A stretch of 64,000 bases of DNA, taken from a virus. Taxonomy: Duplodnaviria > Caudoviricetes. How positions within the stretch are numbered: position 1 is the stretch's first letter; every line of letters starts with the position of its first letter. Positions 26,512 to 35,992 of the stretch are shown here, in pieces. Under the pieces are notes generated by a model, which did no database searches, was not told the origin of the DNA, and saw nothing but the letters and a program-made list of their open reading frames with translations. Made by a program: the position numbers and the translations under genes. Location: positions 1 to 64,000 of IMG/VR virus record IMGVR_UViG_3300015608_002982; one strand, written 5' to 3'.

Positions 26512-26633
26512 TAAAACATTTTAATTGATTGTATAAAAGCTACTTGTAGTCTTATCCAAGCTCTTTTTCTCCAAGGAAGTTCCTTGAACTCTTTTGTTAA
26601 AAAAATATCTTCTAATTCCGTAGTTCTATATAT
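26511..26633 (-). CDS. Possible 40-aa ORF with ATA start (IYRTTELEDIFLTKEFKELPWRKRAWIRLQVAFIQSIKMF)
   Basis: Fills the intergenic gap and its stop abuts the next start; no ATG in frame. Confidence 0.35.
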   Translation of the reverse strand: MYRTTELEDIFLTKEFKELPWRKRAWIRLQVAFIQSIKMF

Positions 26634-26636
26634 TTA

Positions 26637-26668
26637 TTTGTATATTTTACTTATTTACCTTATATTTG
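26637..26668 (+). promoter_or_regulatory. Bacteroidota sigma-A-type promoter
   Basis: TTTG - 20 nt - TATATTTG. Confidence 0.75.
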
Positions 26669-26687
26669 TATTCTAAATCACTACAAA

Positions 26688-27140
26688 ATGGAAGGTCGTA
26701 AACTTAAAAACTCAGATGCTCTCAAATTTATGTTTGCTGGTAAATCAATTTTTACTTTTCTGAATACTCAGTCTGGTAACCGATTTACTTTTAAGATTAA
26801 AGCCGCTAAAGATTCTAACCTTTTCTTTGTTAGTGTTCTTACACGACCTGATACATATACTTATATTGGAACTTGCATTGAAGGTAACTTCAAGCACGGT
26901 CGTAAATCCTCAATCTCAGAAGATGCTCAAAGTGTAAAAGTTTTTCAATATGTTTTAAGTAAACTAAAGGCTGGTAATTTAGCTGAGTTTATTGAGGTTT
27001 GGCACGAAGGTCATTGTGGTAAATGTGGTAAACGATTGACTGTACCTTCTTCTATTGAGAATGGTTTGGGACCAGAGTGTATTAAAACTCTTTCAAAGAT
27101 GGAAAAAAGAGATAAATTTTTACAATTAATTTTGGGATAA
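26688..27140 (+). CDS. DUF6011-like zinc-binding protein
   Basis: GHCGKCGKRLTVPSSIENGLGPEC. Confidence 0.75.
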   Translation: MEGRKLKNSDALKFMFAGKSIFTFLNTQSGNRFTFKIKAAKDSNLFFVSVLTRPDTYTYIGTCIEGNFKHGRKSSISEDAQSVKVFQYVLSKLKAGNLAEFIEVWHEGHCGKCGKRLTVPSSIENGLGPECIKTLSKMEKRDKFLQLILG

Positions 27141-27141
27141 T

Positions 27142-27690
27142 ATGAGTGCTTTTATTAGTATATTAGTTTCTTTAACTCCTTTTATTTTTATCATTTATTA
27201 CTTTAGAATGATAAAAACAACAAAGTACATTTCTACCGACCTCCAAAGTGGTCAACGTTGTTATTCATGTAAACAAGATATTGAGATTGATAGTGATGAA
27301 CTTCTTGATATATTAGTACATAATAAAACTAACTATCGTCTGTGTAAATCTTGTCTTCGTGATGAAAAACTTGATAATCTAATTAATAAAAACAAATCAT
27401 CAAAGTTTCATAAACTAAAACTTTTACTTGTTAGTAAAGATTTTGATAAAATATCTAAAATCTTAATAGGGTCTATGGTCTTTTTACTTTGTGTTGACTT
27501 ATTATTAAAGATGTTATTTGATGTAAAGTGGTTTTCTTACTTCTATAACGCTTTTTTAGCTTGTTATTGGTCAATTATGATTTATAGACATAAAGTTATT
27601 TCAATAAAAAACCCTCAGAATAATCTGAGGGTTTTAGGGCCGACCGGAATTAACACGGTTCAGTTTCCACCAACTTATTTTTCTAAATAA
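27142..27690 (+). CDS. Membrane protein with CxxC zinc motifs
   Basis: N-terminal TM segment, CYSC..CKSC, two further hydrophobic segments. Confidence 0.55.
   Translation: MSAFISILVSLTPFIFIIYYFRMIKTTKYISTDLQSGQRCYSCKQDIEIDSDELLDILVHNKTNYRLCKSCLRDEKLDNLINKNKSSKFHKLKLLLVSKDFDKISKILIGSMVFLLCVDLLLKMLFDVKWFSYFYNAFLACYWSIMIYRHKVISIKNPQNNLRVLGPTGINTVQFPPTYFSK
27606..27635. terminator. Intrinsic terminator, strongest for the minus strand
   Basis: AAAAAACCCTCAG-AATAAT-CTGAGGGTTTT. Confidence 0.85.
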
Positions 27691-27893
27691 GTAAACTTAT
27701 TCTTTTCAATGTAGTTTATTATACCACGGATGAAAAGCTCTTTAATTACAGACTCACAGGTATATGTTTTGTCGTAATAAAATTCTATGTTATTTCTAAC
27801 ATTTTCCATTCCAACTTTATATAAAACTTCCAAAGGAAAGTTTTTATTTTCCACATTTCTTTCTAAAAGAAGTTCTTTAACTATGTGTATCAT
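27675..27893 (-). CDS. Hypothetical protein
   Basis: 72-aa ORF co-oriented with uvsX and the Hc1-like gene. Confidence 0.5.
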   Translation of the reverse strand: MIHIVKELLLERNVENKNFPLEVLYKVGMENVRNNIEFYYDKTYTCESVIKELFIRGIINYIEKNKFTYLEK

Positions 27894-27912
27894 TAGAATG
27901 GATTATTTTTTA

Positions 27913-28089
27913 TTACTTGCTTGCTTTACCTTCTTCTGTAGATGCTGCTCTATAAGGAGTAACTAATTTCTTAATTTCACCTAAAGCTTTACGAGCTCTA
28001 GCATCTGAAACTTTACTTGTAGCTGTGTGGTTTTTTTCAAACTCAGCCCAAAGTTGTTTTAATTGTTCAAAAATTTCATTCTTGTTCAT
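27913..28089 (-). CDS. Histone H1-like Hc1 family nucleoid protein (58 aa; not in ORF track)
   Basis: MNKNEIFEQLKQLWAEFEKNHTATSKVSDARARKALGEIKKLVTPYRAAS matches the ARARKA..EI.KL...R..S pattern. Confidence 0.7.
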   Translation of the reverse strand: MNKNEIFEQLKQLWAEFEKNHTATSKVSDARARKALGEIKKLVTPYRAASTEEGKASK

Positions 28090-28138
28090 TTTATTTACAT
28101 TTTATTTTTATAACCTCTTAGTATTAAAGAGGTTTTAA

Positions 28139-29368
28139 TTATCCAAAAATATCATCAGCATCAGAGGCATCAGTGAATCCGTTTGAATCATCTTCATCAC
28201 TTCCTATCATTTCATTAAACTGACTTTCTACTTTGTCCATTTCATCAATTGATTTGAAACGGAAGTAGTCATTAACAATTGGTGCCATTTTTTCTAAAAC
28301 TTCTTGTGTAAAGATTTCAGAATTAAAAAGTTGTTTTGTGGTCACAGTTTTATCAAGGTGTGATACATACCATCTGTTTCCACCTGGTGTAAATTTCATC
28401 TCACCTGTTGATTTATCAACTTCCATTTTACCCTGAGCAATACCAATTTGTTCAAAAAATTCTGGACGACAAAAAGCATCTAAGCCAGTATAAGGATTTA
28501 GACCATTTAAAAAAGATATATCAAATCTAATTTTCTTAGGTTTAGCTAAACGATTCTTTTGAGTTTTGAAGAGAACAGATATACCTGACTGACCTAAGTC
28601 CATATCATCTTCTTCACCAGTTTTTAATTTAGATTTAGAAAGAAAACCTAAAACACTTGCGGAATAAACTAGACCCATCCCACCCTTGCTAATCTCTTTT
28701 GGATAGAGATCTTGTGTTAGATATGTATGATTGCAGCATACCATAGGAATATCTAAATAACCTAAATCAGAACTAATACTTCTGAAAAGAGCATTTAATT
28801 GTTTTGCTCTTGTCATATCTTGTTTAATATCCCCTTTTAGTAAGTCCGCCTTTTCTTTATTAGAAGACATCATACCAATTGAATCTAGTACAATTAAAAT
28901 TTTTGGAATTTCATATCCACCCATTTTAGCCTCTTTTAACTCATCTAATAACTGAGTTAATGAGATATTGATATCTTCAACTTTGTTTGATCTTATTAAT
29001 CTAAATTTATCAGTGCTATTATCAATACCCATTTTAGTGATACCCTCTAAATCAATAGAGTTTTCTGTATCAATGTAGATTACAGAGTATCCATCTTTTT
29101 GTGCCGACTTACAAATAGAGTAAGCGATAAATGATTTACCTGCCCCTGATTCACCTAATAGACCAAAAATACGACCTGCTAAAATACCACCACCAACTAA
29201 TTTAGCAGATAAGGCAGCATCTAGTAAATAAACACCGGTAGAGATGTAACTCCTTTCTTTGATTTCTTTTTCAATTTGAATTGGAACGGATTTAGCGATA
29301 TTATCTAAAATTGTTCCTACTTTACTAAATTCAAACTTCTTTGTTTCTTTTCCTGTTGTTTTTGCCAT
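28139..29368 (-). CDS. uvsX: UvsX/RecA-like recombinase
   Basis: ISTGVYLLD, GESGAGKS Walker A, IDTEN, IVLDS, GGMG, KNR. Confidence 0.88.
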   Translation of the reverse strand: MAKTTGKETKKFEFSKVGTILDNIAKSVPIQIEKEIKERSYISTGVYLLDAALSAKLVGGGILAGRIFGLLGESGAGKSFIAYSICKSAQKDGYSVIYIDTENSIDLEGITKMGIDNSTDKFRLIRSNKVEDINISLTQLLDELKEAKMGGYEIPKILIVLDSIGMMSSNKEKADLLKGDIKQDMTRAKQLNALFRSISSDLGYLDIPMVCCNHTYLTQDLYPKEISKGGMGLVYSASVLGFLSKSKLKTGEEDDMDLGQSGISVLFKTQKNRLAKPKKIRFDISFLNGLNPYTGLDAFCRPEFFEQIGIAQGKMEVDKSTGEMKFTPGGNRWYVSHLDKTVTTKQLFNSEIFTQEVLEKMAPIVNDYFRFKSIDEMDKVESQFNEMIGSDEDDSNGFTDASDADDIFG

Positions 29369-29485
29369 TTTAATAATTTTTATTTTATAATTTATATATT
29401 AATAATGAATTCTCCCCTTTTAACTTTTTTATAAATTTTCACCATATTTTTCTTAAAGGAGGAAATATAATTTAATATATAGTAT

Positions 29486-30556
29486 ATGACTAAATATGAA
29501 TTTTTAGAAAAGGCGAGAGAAAAACATGGATATAAGTATCAATATCCTAATCTAAAAGATAAGATATTATCAACTGATGATATAGATATAGTTTATAATG
29601 GCGTTTTGTATAAACAAAAGGTTGTTAAACATATCCTACTAGGTAGATGTCCTGAAAAAAACACACCTGCTAAAACAACTGAGCAGTTTATTAAGGAAGC
29701 AAAGCAAGTTTGGGGTGATAAATATGACTACTCGTTGACCGAGTATAAAGGTGCATTAAAAAAATTAAAAATTATATATGATGGTATTATATTTGAACAG
29801 ACTGCCTCAAGTCACCTTAAATATGCACCAGAGTTAAGAATGAATAAAGAATATTTTATAAAGCTTGCTAAGTATAAATGGGGTGATAGGTATGATTACT
29901 CACTAGTTGAATATACGGATTGTAAATCAAAGGTAAAAATAGTTCTTAAAGAGACGAATGAATTATTTGAACAGACACCGTTTAATCATTTACAATATTC
30001 ACCAGAAAATATAAATAAAAGAAAATCAACAGAACAATTTATTAATGAATCAAACGCAGTTCATGATTTTAGGTATAACTATGATAAATCTGACTATATT
30101 TCTAATCAAACAAAAGTTACAATAACTTGCCCGGTTCATGGTGACTTTACACAGAGACCTTTATCACATATACAAGGGAATGGATGTCCAAATTGTAATG
30201 AATCTAAAGGAGAAAAAGAAATAGCTAAGTTTTTAGATAAATATAATATTTTCTACGAGAGACAAAAAAAATTTCATGATTGTCGTAATATATTTGAACT
30301 GCCTTTTGACTTTTACATACCAAGTGCTAGAACCTGTATAGAGTTTGATGGAAAACAACACTTTCAACCTATGAAGTTTTTTGGAGGATTAAAAGCATAT
30401 GAATCTCTTAAAATAAATGATAAAATAAAAGAGAATTATTGTGAGGATAATTACATAAATCTTATAAGGATAAGATACGATCAGTTTGATGAAATTTACC
30501 AGATATTGTGGAATAATTTAAAGAACTTGATAGTTCTTAACAATAAAATCAACTAA
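29486..30556 (+). CDS. Homing endonuclease: DUF723-like repeats + PD-(D/E)XK nuclease
   Basis: Repeated WGDKYDYSLxEY, CPVHG, GCPNC, SKGEKEI, LPFDFY..IEFDGKQH. Confidence 0.8.
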   Translation: MTKYEFLEKAREKHGYKYQYPNLKDKILSTDDIDIVYNGVLYKQKVVKHILLGRCPEKNTPAKTTEQFIKEAKQVWGDKYDYSLTEYKGALKKLKIIYDGIIFEQTASSHLKYAPELRMNKEYFIKLAKYKWGDRYDYSLVEYTDCKSKVKIVLKETNELFEQTPFNHLQYSPENINKRKSTEQFINESNAVHDFRYNYDKSDYISNQTKVTITCPVHGDFTQRPLSHIQGNGCPNCNESKGEKEIAKFLDKYNIFYERQKKFHDCRNIFELPFDFYIPSARTCIEFDGKQHFQPMKFFGGLKAYESLKINDKIKENYCEDNYINLIRIRYDQFDEIYQILWNNLKNLIVLNNKIN

Positions 30557-31141
30557 TTCATCGCAGAATTTTTGTATATCTGCTTTCATATCATCTGTGA
30601 TTTCAAATGATTCTTTCATGTATTGAGATAAAAACTTAACCTTATCAAAGTCTCTATCATCAAGAGCTTGGTCAATAAGTGCGTTTATTTCAGACTTAGA
30701 CATATCTTCATAGTCTTTTTCTTTAGCTTGCTTCCATTCTTCACCTTCGGATTCTGCTGACTTTTTAATAGCTTCTAAAAATTCTACAAAGAAATCAAGT
30801 GACTTATCAAGTCCTTCCTTAAATGATTTTTCAATAAATATTGATTTTGAGTTTTTTAATGATTTATCAAATTTTTCAAGAACTAAGTCTTTAAATTCTT
30901 CAGATAAATCAGGATTAGAATTTACAGATTGAACAAACATATTAAACAAAAGCTCAATTAAGCTATCAGCTCCTTCACTTAGGTTTTCAACATCACCAGT
31001 CATTCTTATATTTTTCTCCATAGAAAAAATAGGTTCTAACATAGCATAAAGTGATAATTTAAGATTTTCAAGCTTTCTCTTGAAATCATCATCATCTTTA
31101 ATACCTTCTAAAAATAGTTTATATGTTTTAATTCTTTTCAT
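30518..31141 (-). CDS. CTS-bearing protein with IDEAL/UVR-like motif
   Basis: MKRIKTYKLFLEG; INALIDQALDDRDFDKVKFL. Confidence 0.6.
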   Translation of the reverse strand: MKRIKTYKLFLEGIKDDDDFKRKLENLKLSLYAMLEPIFSMEKNIRMTGDVENLSEGADSLIELLFNMFVQSVNSNPDLSEEFKDLVLEKFDKSLKNSKSIFIEKSFKEGLDKSLDFFVEFLEAIKKSAESEGEEWKQAKEKDYEDMSKSEINALIDQALDDRDFDKVKFLSQYMKESFEITDDMKADIQKFCDELVDFIVKNYQVL

Positions 31142-31143
31142 AA

Positions 31144-31368
31144 TTATTCTTCTGGTTTTCCAGGTATTTCTAAATATTGGTCTAAAACTTCTTTAGTTTC
31201 AATATCTGATTCATCGTATTTTACTTCATCATCATATAAACTTACCTTCTTATCAGAAATAAGTTTTTGTAAAAGAGGTTCTTGATTAAATAAACCAACT
31301 TCTTCATCACTAAGTTTTATAGTCTTTGTGTGTGATTCTTTAATGAAATCTGCGTACTTCTTTATCAT
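31144..31368 (-). CDS. Small CTS-bearing protein
   Basis: MIKKYADFIKES. Confidence 0.6.
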   Translation of the reverse strand: MIKKYADFIKESHTKTIKLSDEEVGLFNQEPLLQKLISDKKVSLYDDEVKYDESDIETKEVLDQYLEIPGKPEE

Positions 31369-32125
31369 AATCTGCTGTTGTTTGTGGTTTTATTTTATAA
31401 TATAATATAACTGCCAATATTAAGATATTAGTAGCATAGTTTAATAATAATGGTAAATCTAATTTATCATACACATAAGCAAGTGCGAATATTTCACCAA
31501 ATGCCCAAAGTAAAACAAATCCCCATGAAATACCATATGAGTGTTTGTCTTTGAATGATTGCCAAGCCTGTGGAAGACCACATATAGCTAAACATATAGA
31601 ACCTAACCAACCAAGTATTTCAAAAATTGACATACCTTTTGTTTGTTCTGATATACCGGCTGATGATAACTCAGATAAGTCTTTTTGTTCAATTTTATAA
31701 TTATACTTAGATTCAACGTGACTAGATAGTCTATCAAATAATTCTTTATATTCTTCTTGACTACCTGATTCTAATTTACTTTGAATCTCTTGTAATATAT
31801 TACTTAACTCTACATCTTTTGGTGTAAGTTCTGTTTTTCTAATATCTGATAATTCAATTACTTGATTCTTTGCAACAACTACACCGTCTTTAGCCATTGG
31901 ATTTGTTAGCTCAGTTTTTATGGGAACTTGTGCTTGTAAGTTTGGAGAACTTGCTAATAAAGAAGCACCAAGTGTCGCACCAAGTATTCCTTTTTTCAAA
32001 TCAAGTTCTTCTTTTACTTTAGTAACTTTTACTTTAGGATCTGGCATCCAACCAAAAGTCTTTTTAGAAGGTTTTGGATTAAAATTGGACTTAATGAATT
32101 GATTATATGTTTTAATATTTTTCAT
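31340..32125 (-). CDS. CTS + signal-peptide-like segment + PQ-loop/SemiSWEET domain
   Basis: MKNIKTYNQFI; LKKGILGATLGASLLASSPNLQA-Q; GWLGSICLAICGLPQAWQS..GISWGF three-TM PQ-loop. Confidence 0.7.
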   Translation of the reverse strand: MKNIKTYNQFIKSNFNPKPSKKTFGWMPDPKVKVTKVKEELDLKKGILGATLGASLLASSPNLQAQVPIKTELTNPMAKDGVVVAKNQVIELSDIRKTELTPKDVELSNILQEIQSKLESGSQEEYKELFDRLSSHVESKYNYKIEQKDLSELSSAGISEQTKGMSIFEILGWLGSICLAICGLPQAWQSFKDKHSYGISWGFVLLWAFGEIFALAYVYDKLDLPLLLNYATNILILAVILYYKIKPQTTADYDKEVRRFH

Positions 32126-32136
32126 TATGATATATA

Positions 32137-33036
32137 TTAATTTGATTTAACAGTTTTTCCAAACCAATTTGAACTTGTTATAAACATCTCACAAAAAGAT
32201 ATTTTATAATCAATTGGATTCATCTCATCATCCATTATCCAACCTTTGTAAAATCTAATTTTATCCATTCTATTATTATGACTTTTTTCAGGTATGTATA
32301 TCTCTACACTATATCCTTTATCTGTCATAAAATCTTGTATTCTTTCTAAAGTTTCTTTTATATCATATATATTGAATGGTGACCTATAGCCTTTTCTAAA
32401 ATCATCAATAGTTACTTTAATTTTAATTTCACCTCTTTTAAAAGAAGGTATTTCATCAGCTTTAGTTCTAAAACCAATATCATTTAGTTCTAAGCAAATA
32501 TCTCTTATCTCTTGAACCTCTGGTTCTTCTTCAATTAATGATTCCTCAACCGGTTCATCTTCAATTAAATCAGCCGCCTTATTAATATTAACTTTAATTC
32601 TTTCAATTCTTCTGGCTTCCTTGTCATTTTCATATACTGACTTAACTAACTCAGCTAATTGTTTAAGAATCTTTGGCTTTGCTTTACAATTTTCCGGTTC
32701 ACCTTCACATATAACATTTAAGCCATAAAACTCTTTATCACTATATCTTGCTAACTTTTTACTAATTAAAAGATCTTGAGATTGTTCATCAAATCCATTT
32801 CCTCTCAATGAAATAACAGACCATAATTTAATAGGTGTATCTTCAAAATCAACTATCCATTTATCAATTTCAAAGTTATTTCCCTCTCTATTTCCAGGAT
32901 CATAAGTTATCTTATATGGTGAAATACCTTTAACCTTTTTTAGACGAGCAATATACTCTAAAGCAATCTCATCATCGGCTGATGGTTTGCTTTTGAAAAG
33001 GTCAAAAAATCCTTCATATGTTTTAAGACTTCTCAC
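32137..33036 (-). CDS. CTS-bearing protein, paralog of 33521..34333
   Basis: MRSLKTYEGFFDLFK; RIERIKVNINKAADLI. Confidence 0.6.
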   Translation of the reverse strand: MRSLKTYEGFFDLFKSKPSADDEIALEYIARLKKVKGISPYKITYDPGNREGNNFEIDKWIVDFEDTPIKLWSVISLRGNGFDEQSQDLLISKKLARYSDKEFYGLNVICEGEPENCKAKPKILKQLAELVKSVYENDKEARRIERIKVNINKAADLIEDEPVEESLIEEEPEVQEIRDICLELNDIGFRTKADEIPSFKRGEIKIKVTIDDFRKGYRSPFNIYDIKETLERIQDFMTDKGYSVEIYIPEKSHNNRMDKIRFYKGWIMDDEMNPIDYKISFCEMFITSSNWFGKTVKSN

Positions 33037-33524
33037 TATTTTGGTAGTTTTATTTTTATTGTAATATTTCTTTTTCTATTAGGTGAATCTGTTTTACTTA
33101 TTGTTTTGCCAATCATTGTCATAAATTCTGACCACTCTTTATCACTGGAACTACCTTCATCAAACCCCCAACCAATAAAAAATGACATCTTACAATTATA
33201 AATTTCTAATTTAGATTTACAATCTAATAATAGCTCATTTACTTCATTGTCCGATATTGAATTAGGTGAGTAAGTCATTTCAAATGATATTGCTGATTTA
33301 TTACCTGAGAAATTAAAGTCTCCAATTTTATGATTTGATACTTCTGATTTTCCCCAAATAACATCATCTGATGCAAAAATACCACCTAGTATATTACCTT
33401 TCTCAATTCTTGACTCGTCAATAATATCATATAAACATTCAATAATATCGTTATATGTTACTTCAACTTTTTCCTTTTTTTTGAAAAGGTCAAAAAATCC
33501 TTCGTATGTTTTTAAGTTTTTCAT
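33036..33524 (-). CDS. CTS-bearing protein
   Basis: MKNLKTYEGFFDLFK; 24-nt identity with the 5' end of the neighbour. Confidence 0.6.
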   Translation of the reverse strand: MKNLKTYEGFFDLFKKKEKVEVTYNDIIECLYDIIDESRIEKGNILGGIFASDDVIWGKSEVSNHKIGDFNFSGNKSAISFEMTYSPNSISDNEVNELLLDCKSKLEIYNCKMSFFIGWGFDEGSSSDKEWSEFMTMIGKTISKTDSPNRKRNITIKIKLPK

Positions 33525-34333
33525 TTGAATTTATTAGGAAAGATGTGTCTCCATTCATGTCCTTGAGGAACATCAGATGTTTTTACACCAAATATCTTTT
33601 TTTCTGGACAAGTATCTTTACCGTCCATTAAGAAGTTGTTATTACAAGCCCAAACTTCAACATTTCTTTGTAATAATTGACCAACTGAAAAAGGAAATCT
33701 AATACCAGTTTCATTTTCAATATTAGTAATTCTACCATCCGGTGATTTAGTTACAACTATTTCCAATCTTGGGTTTCTTTTATTAGTGAATTTAACTTCT
33801 CTTTCGTGTAATCCTTCATCAATTAAGTCCGCTGATGGATTAATTTCAGTTTGTATTCTTTCAATTCTTTTTCTTTCTCTATCCTCATTATAGATTTTAT
33901 CTACTAATTGAAATAATTTTTTACGATAAGATTCTTTGGATCTAATTCTCTCAGCTAATCCTGAGTTATTACCAATAAAAAATTTCCAAGGATTTTTACA
34001 CTTTTCATAGCCAACCATTACTCCGTTTTGATTAACTAAAGTGTGTCTATCATTTGATATTACAATGTCAACATCATCAAATCTAACTAAATATATTTTA
34101 CTGAAATATTCAGTTTCTTCGTTATTTCTATGATCTGGTGTTGGATCGCCTACAAATTTACTCATCCAAGATGGTAGTTGGGCAGCGGTATTCATTATCT
34201 CATCTATCTGATAAGGATTTCTGTCTTTAACTTTTTCAAGACGGTGTATAATATCTAGTGTGATTTTATCATCACCGGTATCTTTCTTAAAATAATCTAA
34301 GAAACCTTCGTTATATTTCTTTAAGTGTTTCAT
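33521..34333 (-). CDS. CTS-bearing protein
   Basis: MKHLKKYNEGFLDYFK; RIERIQTEINPSADLI. Confidence 0.6.
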   Translation of the reverse strand: MKHLKKYNEGFLDYFKKDTGDDKITLDIIHRLEKVKDRNPYQIDEIMNTAAQLPSWMSKFVGDPTPDHRNNEETEYFSKIYLVRFDDVDIVISNDRHTLVNQNGVMVGYEKCKNPWKFFIGNNSGLAERIRSKESYRKKLFQLVDKIYNEDRERKRIERIQTEINPSADLIDEGLHEREVKFTNKRNPRLEIVVTKSPDGRITNIENETGIRFPFSVGQLLQRNVEVWACNNNFLMDGKDTCPEKKIFGVKTSDVPQGHEWRHIFPNKFK

Positions 34334-34341
34334 TATACTAT

Positions 34342-34806
34342 TTATTTATTTTCAATTATCATGAAATCAAACTCGCCATTTTTATGAGTTGATAATAAAA
34401 AGAAATAACCCATAGACTCAATTCTATATTGAACATCTTTAGTTATTTCAAAAAATTTATATAAATTATTATTTGGTACACCAAATACTCTTTGATTATC
34501 ACCTCTTTGTATATCGGTTGCAAAGTAACCATCTTTAAAAAATTCACTAAAAGAAACTTGAATTCCTTTATGAAGATTTGGTTGGCTTTCCCAATAGTTA
34601 GCCGGAATGTTGACAAATCCTTTAGTCAATTCATTACCAACTGGCATGAAATCTTGACCATCAAAAATCTTAAATGCTTTATATTTCAATGTATATTTAG
34701 CGTCACATTCTACATACTCAGATAAAATGTCGTGGAGTATTGATTCGTCAGAGAAAATATCTTCTTCGTTTGATTCATTGAATTTTTTTAAGTGTTTCAT
34801 TAACAC
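34342..34806 (-). CDS. CTS-bearing protein
   Basis: MKHLKKFNESNEE. Confidence 0.6.
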   Translation of the reverse strand: MLMKHLKKFNESNEEDIFSDESILHDILSEYVECDAKYTLKYKAFKIFDGQDFMPVGNELTKGFVNIPANYWESQPNLHKGIQVSFSEFFKDGYFATDIQRGDNQRVFGVPNNNLYKFFEITKDVQYRIESMGYFFLLSTHKNGEFDFMIIENK

Positions 34807-34817
34807 TATATATTAAA

Positions 34818-34929
34818 TTAAAGACATGATAAATATCTTTCACCCCTATCACACAGTATAGTAATAACTCCACCTTCCTGATATTTTTAGAAGAGGTGTT
34901 TTACCGACTTCGGAAGATAATTTTTCCAT
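34818..34929 (-). pseudogene. Cysteine synthase (CysK/CysM family) remnant: N- and C-termini joined out of frame
   Basis: MEKLSSEVGKTPLLKIS (GxTPL) then, in the +1 frame, EGGVITILCDRGERYLSCL* (DxGERYLS). Confidence 0.75.
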
Positions 34930-34945
34930 TAAAAAGAAATAATTT

Positions 34946-35992
34946 TTATGTTTTATATAATTTATAAAATGTTTTTTTTGATATTTTTAGCTTTTTTATT
35001 ATGTCAGAGTTTTTAAATCCAACTCTTTGTAGCTTCAATATCTCATCTTTTACTATTATATATTTTTCTTGCCTTGTTAGTCTATCTTCGTCTATGTTAT
35101 CCCATTTTCTCTTCATAATAGGCAAATTTAATCTAAGGCATTCTTTTTTTATTTTCCTTAAAAGTATGTTATTTGATATTGTTAAAATTGAATATCCGTC
35201 ATTTCCTATTCTAGAATATGTTTTTTCTTTATTAATCAAGAAATATTCATATAGAAAATTTTCAATAAATAATAAATTATTTAACCATGATTTATGAAGA
35301 TGTATTCTTATATTTGAATCCTCTCTTTTATACACTTTTGATATATTACCATCACCATCAATGATTCCAATTATCAGAGAGAATATCAATTCTTTATTGA
35401 ATGTGTATAAATTGAAGTTCGGAGGATTATATGTCTTTTTTGGTCTAATCTGAAATTTTTCACATATTTTAGGACAAATTTCTTTATTTTGTATAGAAAC
35501 TAAGCACATTTTATCATTGATTATTATTTTCGAACATTCAATATAATTTTTAAACTTTTCTAAATGGTTAATATCCTTAGTGGATAATATTATTTTTATT
35601 CTTTCGCCGTTTAATATAGTACCATCTGCTAGTATAAATCCTATCCAATAAAAACTCTCTAATTCATCATTAATCAAAATAGACATATCAGAATCTCTGA
35701 GAAAATCATAACTCCTACTTAAATTTAGGCTATTTGATTTTAACTTTATTGAATCCCAACTCCTGTTTGGTAATAGATTTACTAAATCCTCTTTGATCAT
35801 ATTTTCGTAATTTTTTACAACTATATCTATTTCATCTTCTGTCCATTTTAGACAGCTTTTAATTTTATTTGGTAGTAACTTTTTTCTTTTTTTCCTTATT
35901 GAATTCCAATTTCTATTAATTAATATTCTCAATAAGTCTTCTTTACTTTCATAAGTCTTTAAAATCTCTATTTCATCTTCTGTCCATTTCAT
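34946..35992 (-). CDS. LAGLIDADG homing endonuclease with N-terminal Myb-like repeats
   Basis: KWTEDEI repeats; YWIGFILADG and LIIGIIDGDG; start MKWTE follows an ATATATA motif. Confidence 0.85.
   Translation of the reverse strand: MKWTEDEIEILKTYESKEDLLRILINRNWNSIRKKRKKLLPNKIKSCLKWTEDEIDIVVKNYENMIKEDLVNLLPNRSWDSIKLKSNSLNLSRSYDFLRDSDMSILINDELESFYWIGFILADGTILNGERIKIILSTKDINHLEKFKNYIECSKIIINDKMCLVSIQNKEICPKICEKFQIRPKKTYNPPNFNLYTFNKELIFSLIIGIIDGDGNISKVYKREDSNIRIHLHKSWLNNLLFIENFLYEYFLINKEKTYSRIGNDGYSILTISNNILLRKIKKECLRLNLPIMKRKWDNIDEDRLTRQEKYIIVKDEILKLQRVGFKNSDIIKKLKISKKTFYKLYKT

Noticed and set aside
27600-27690. C-terminal extension of ORF 27142..27690 through a terminator as a programmed non-stop mRNA
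   Set aside because: The plus-strand U-tract is short; the overlap is adequately explained by a convergent minus-strand terminator
32992-33503. 24-bp direct repeat at the starts of adjacent genes as a recombination site
   Set aside because: It encodes the shared EGFFDLFK tag region and is explained by tandem duplication
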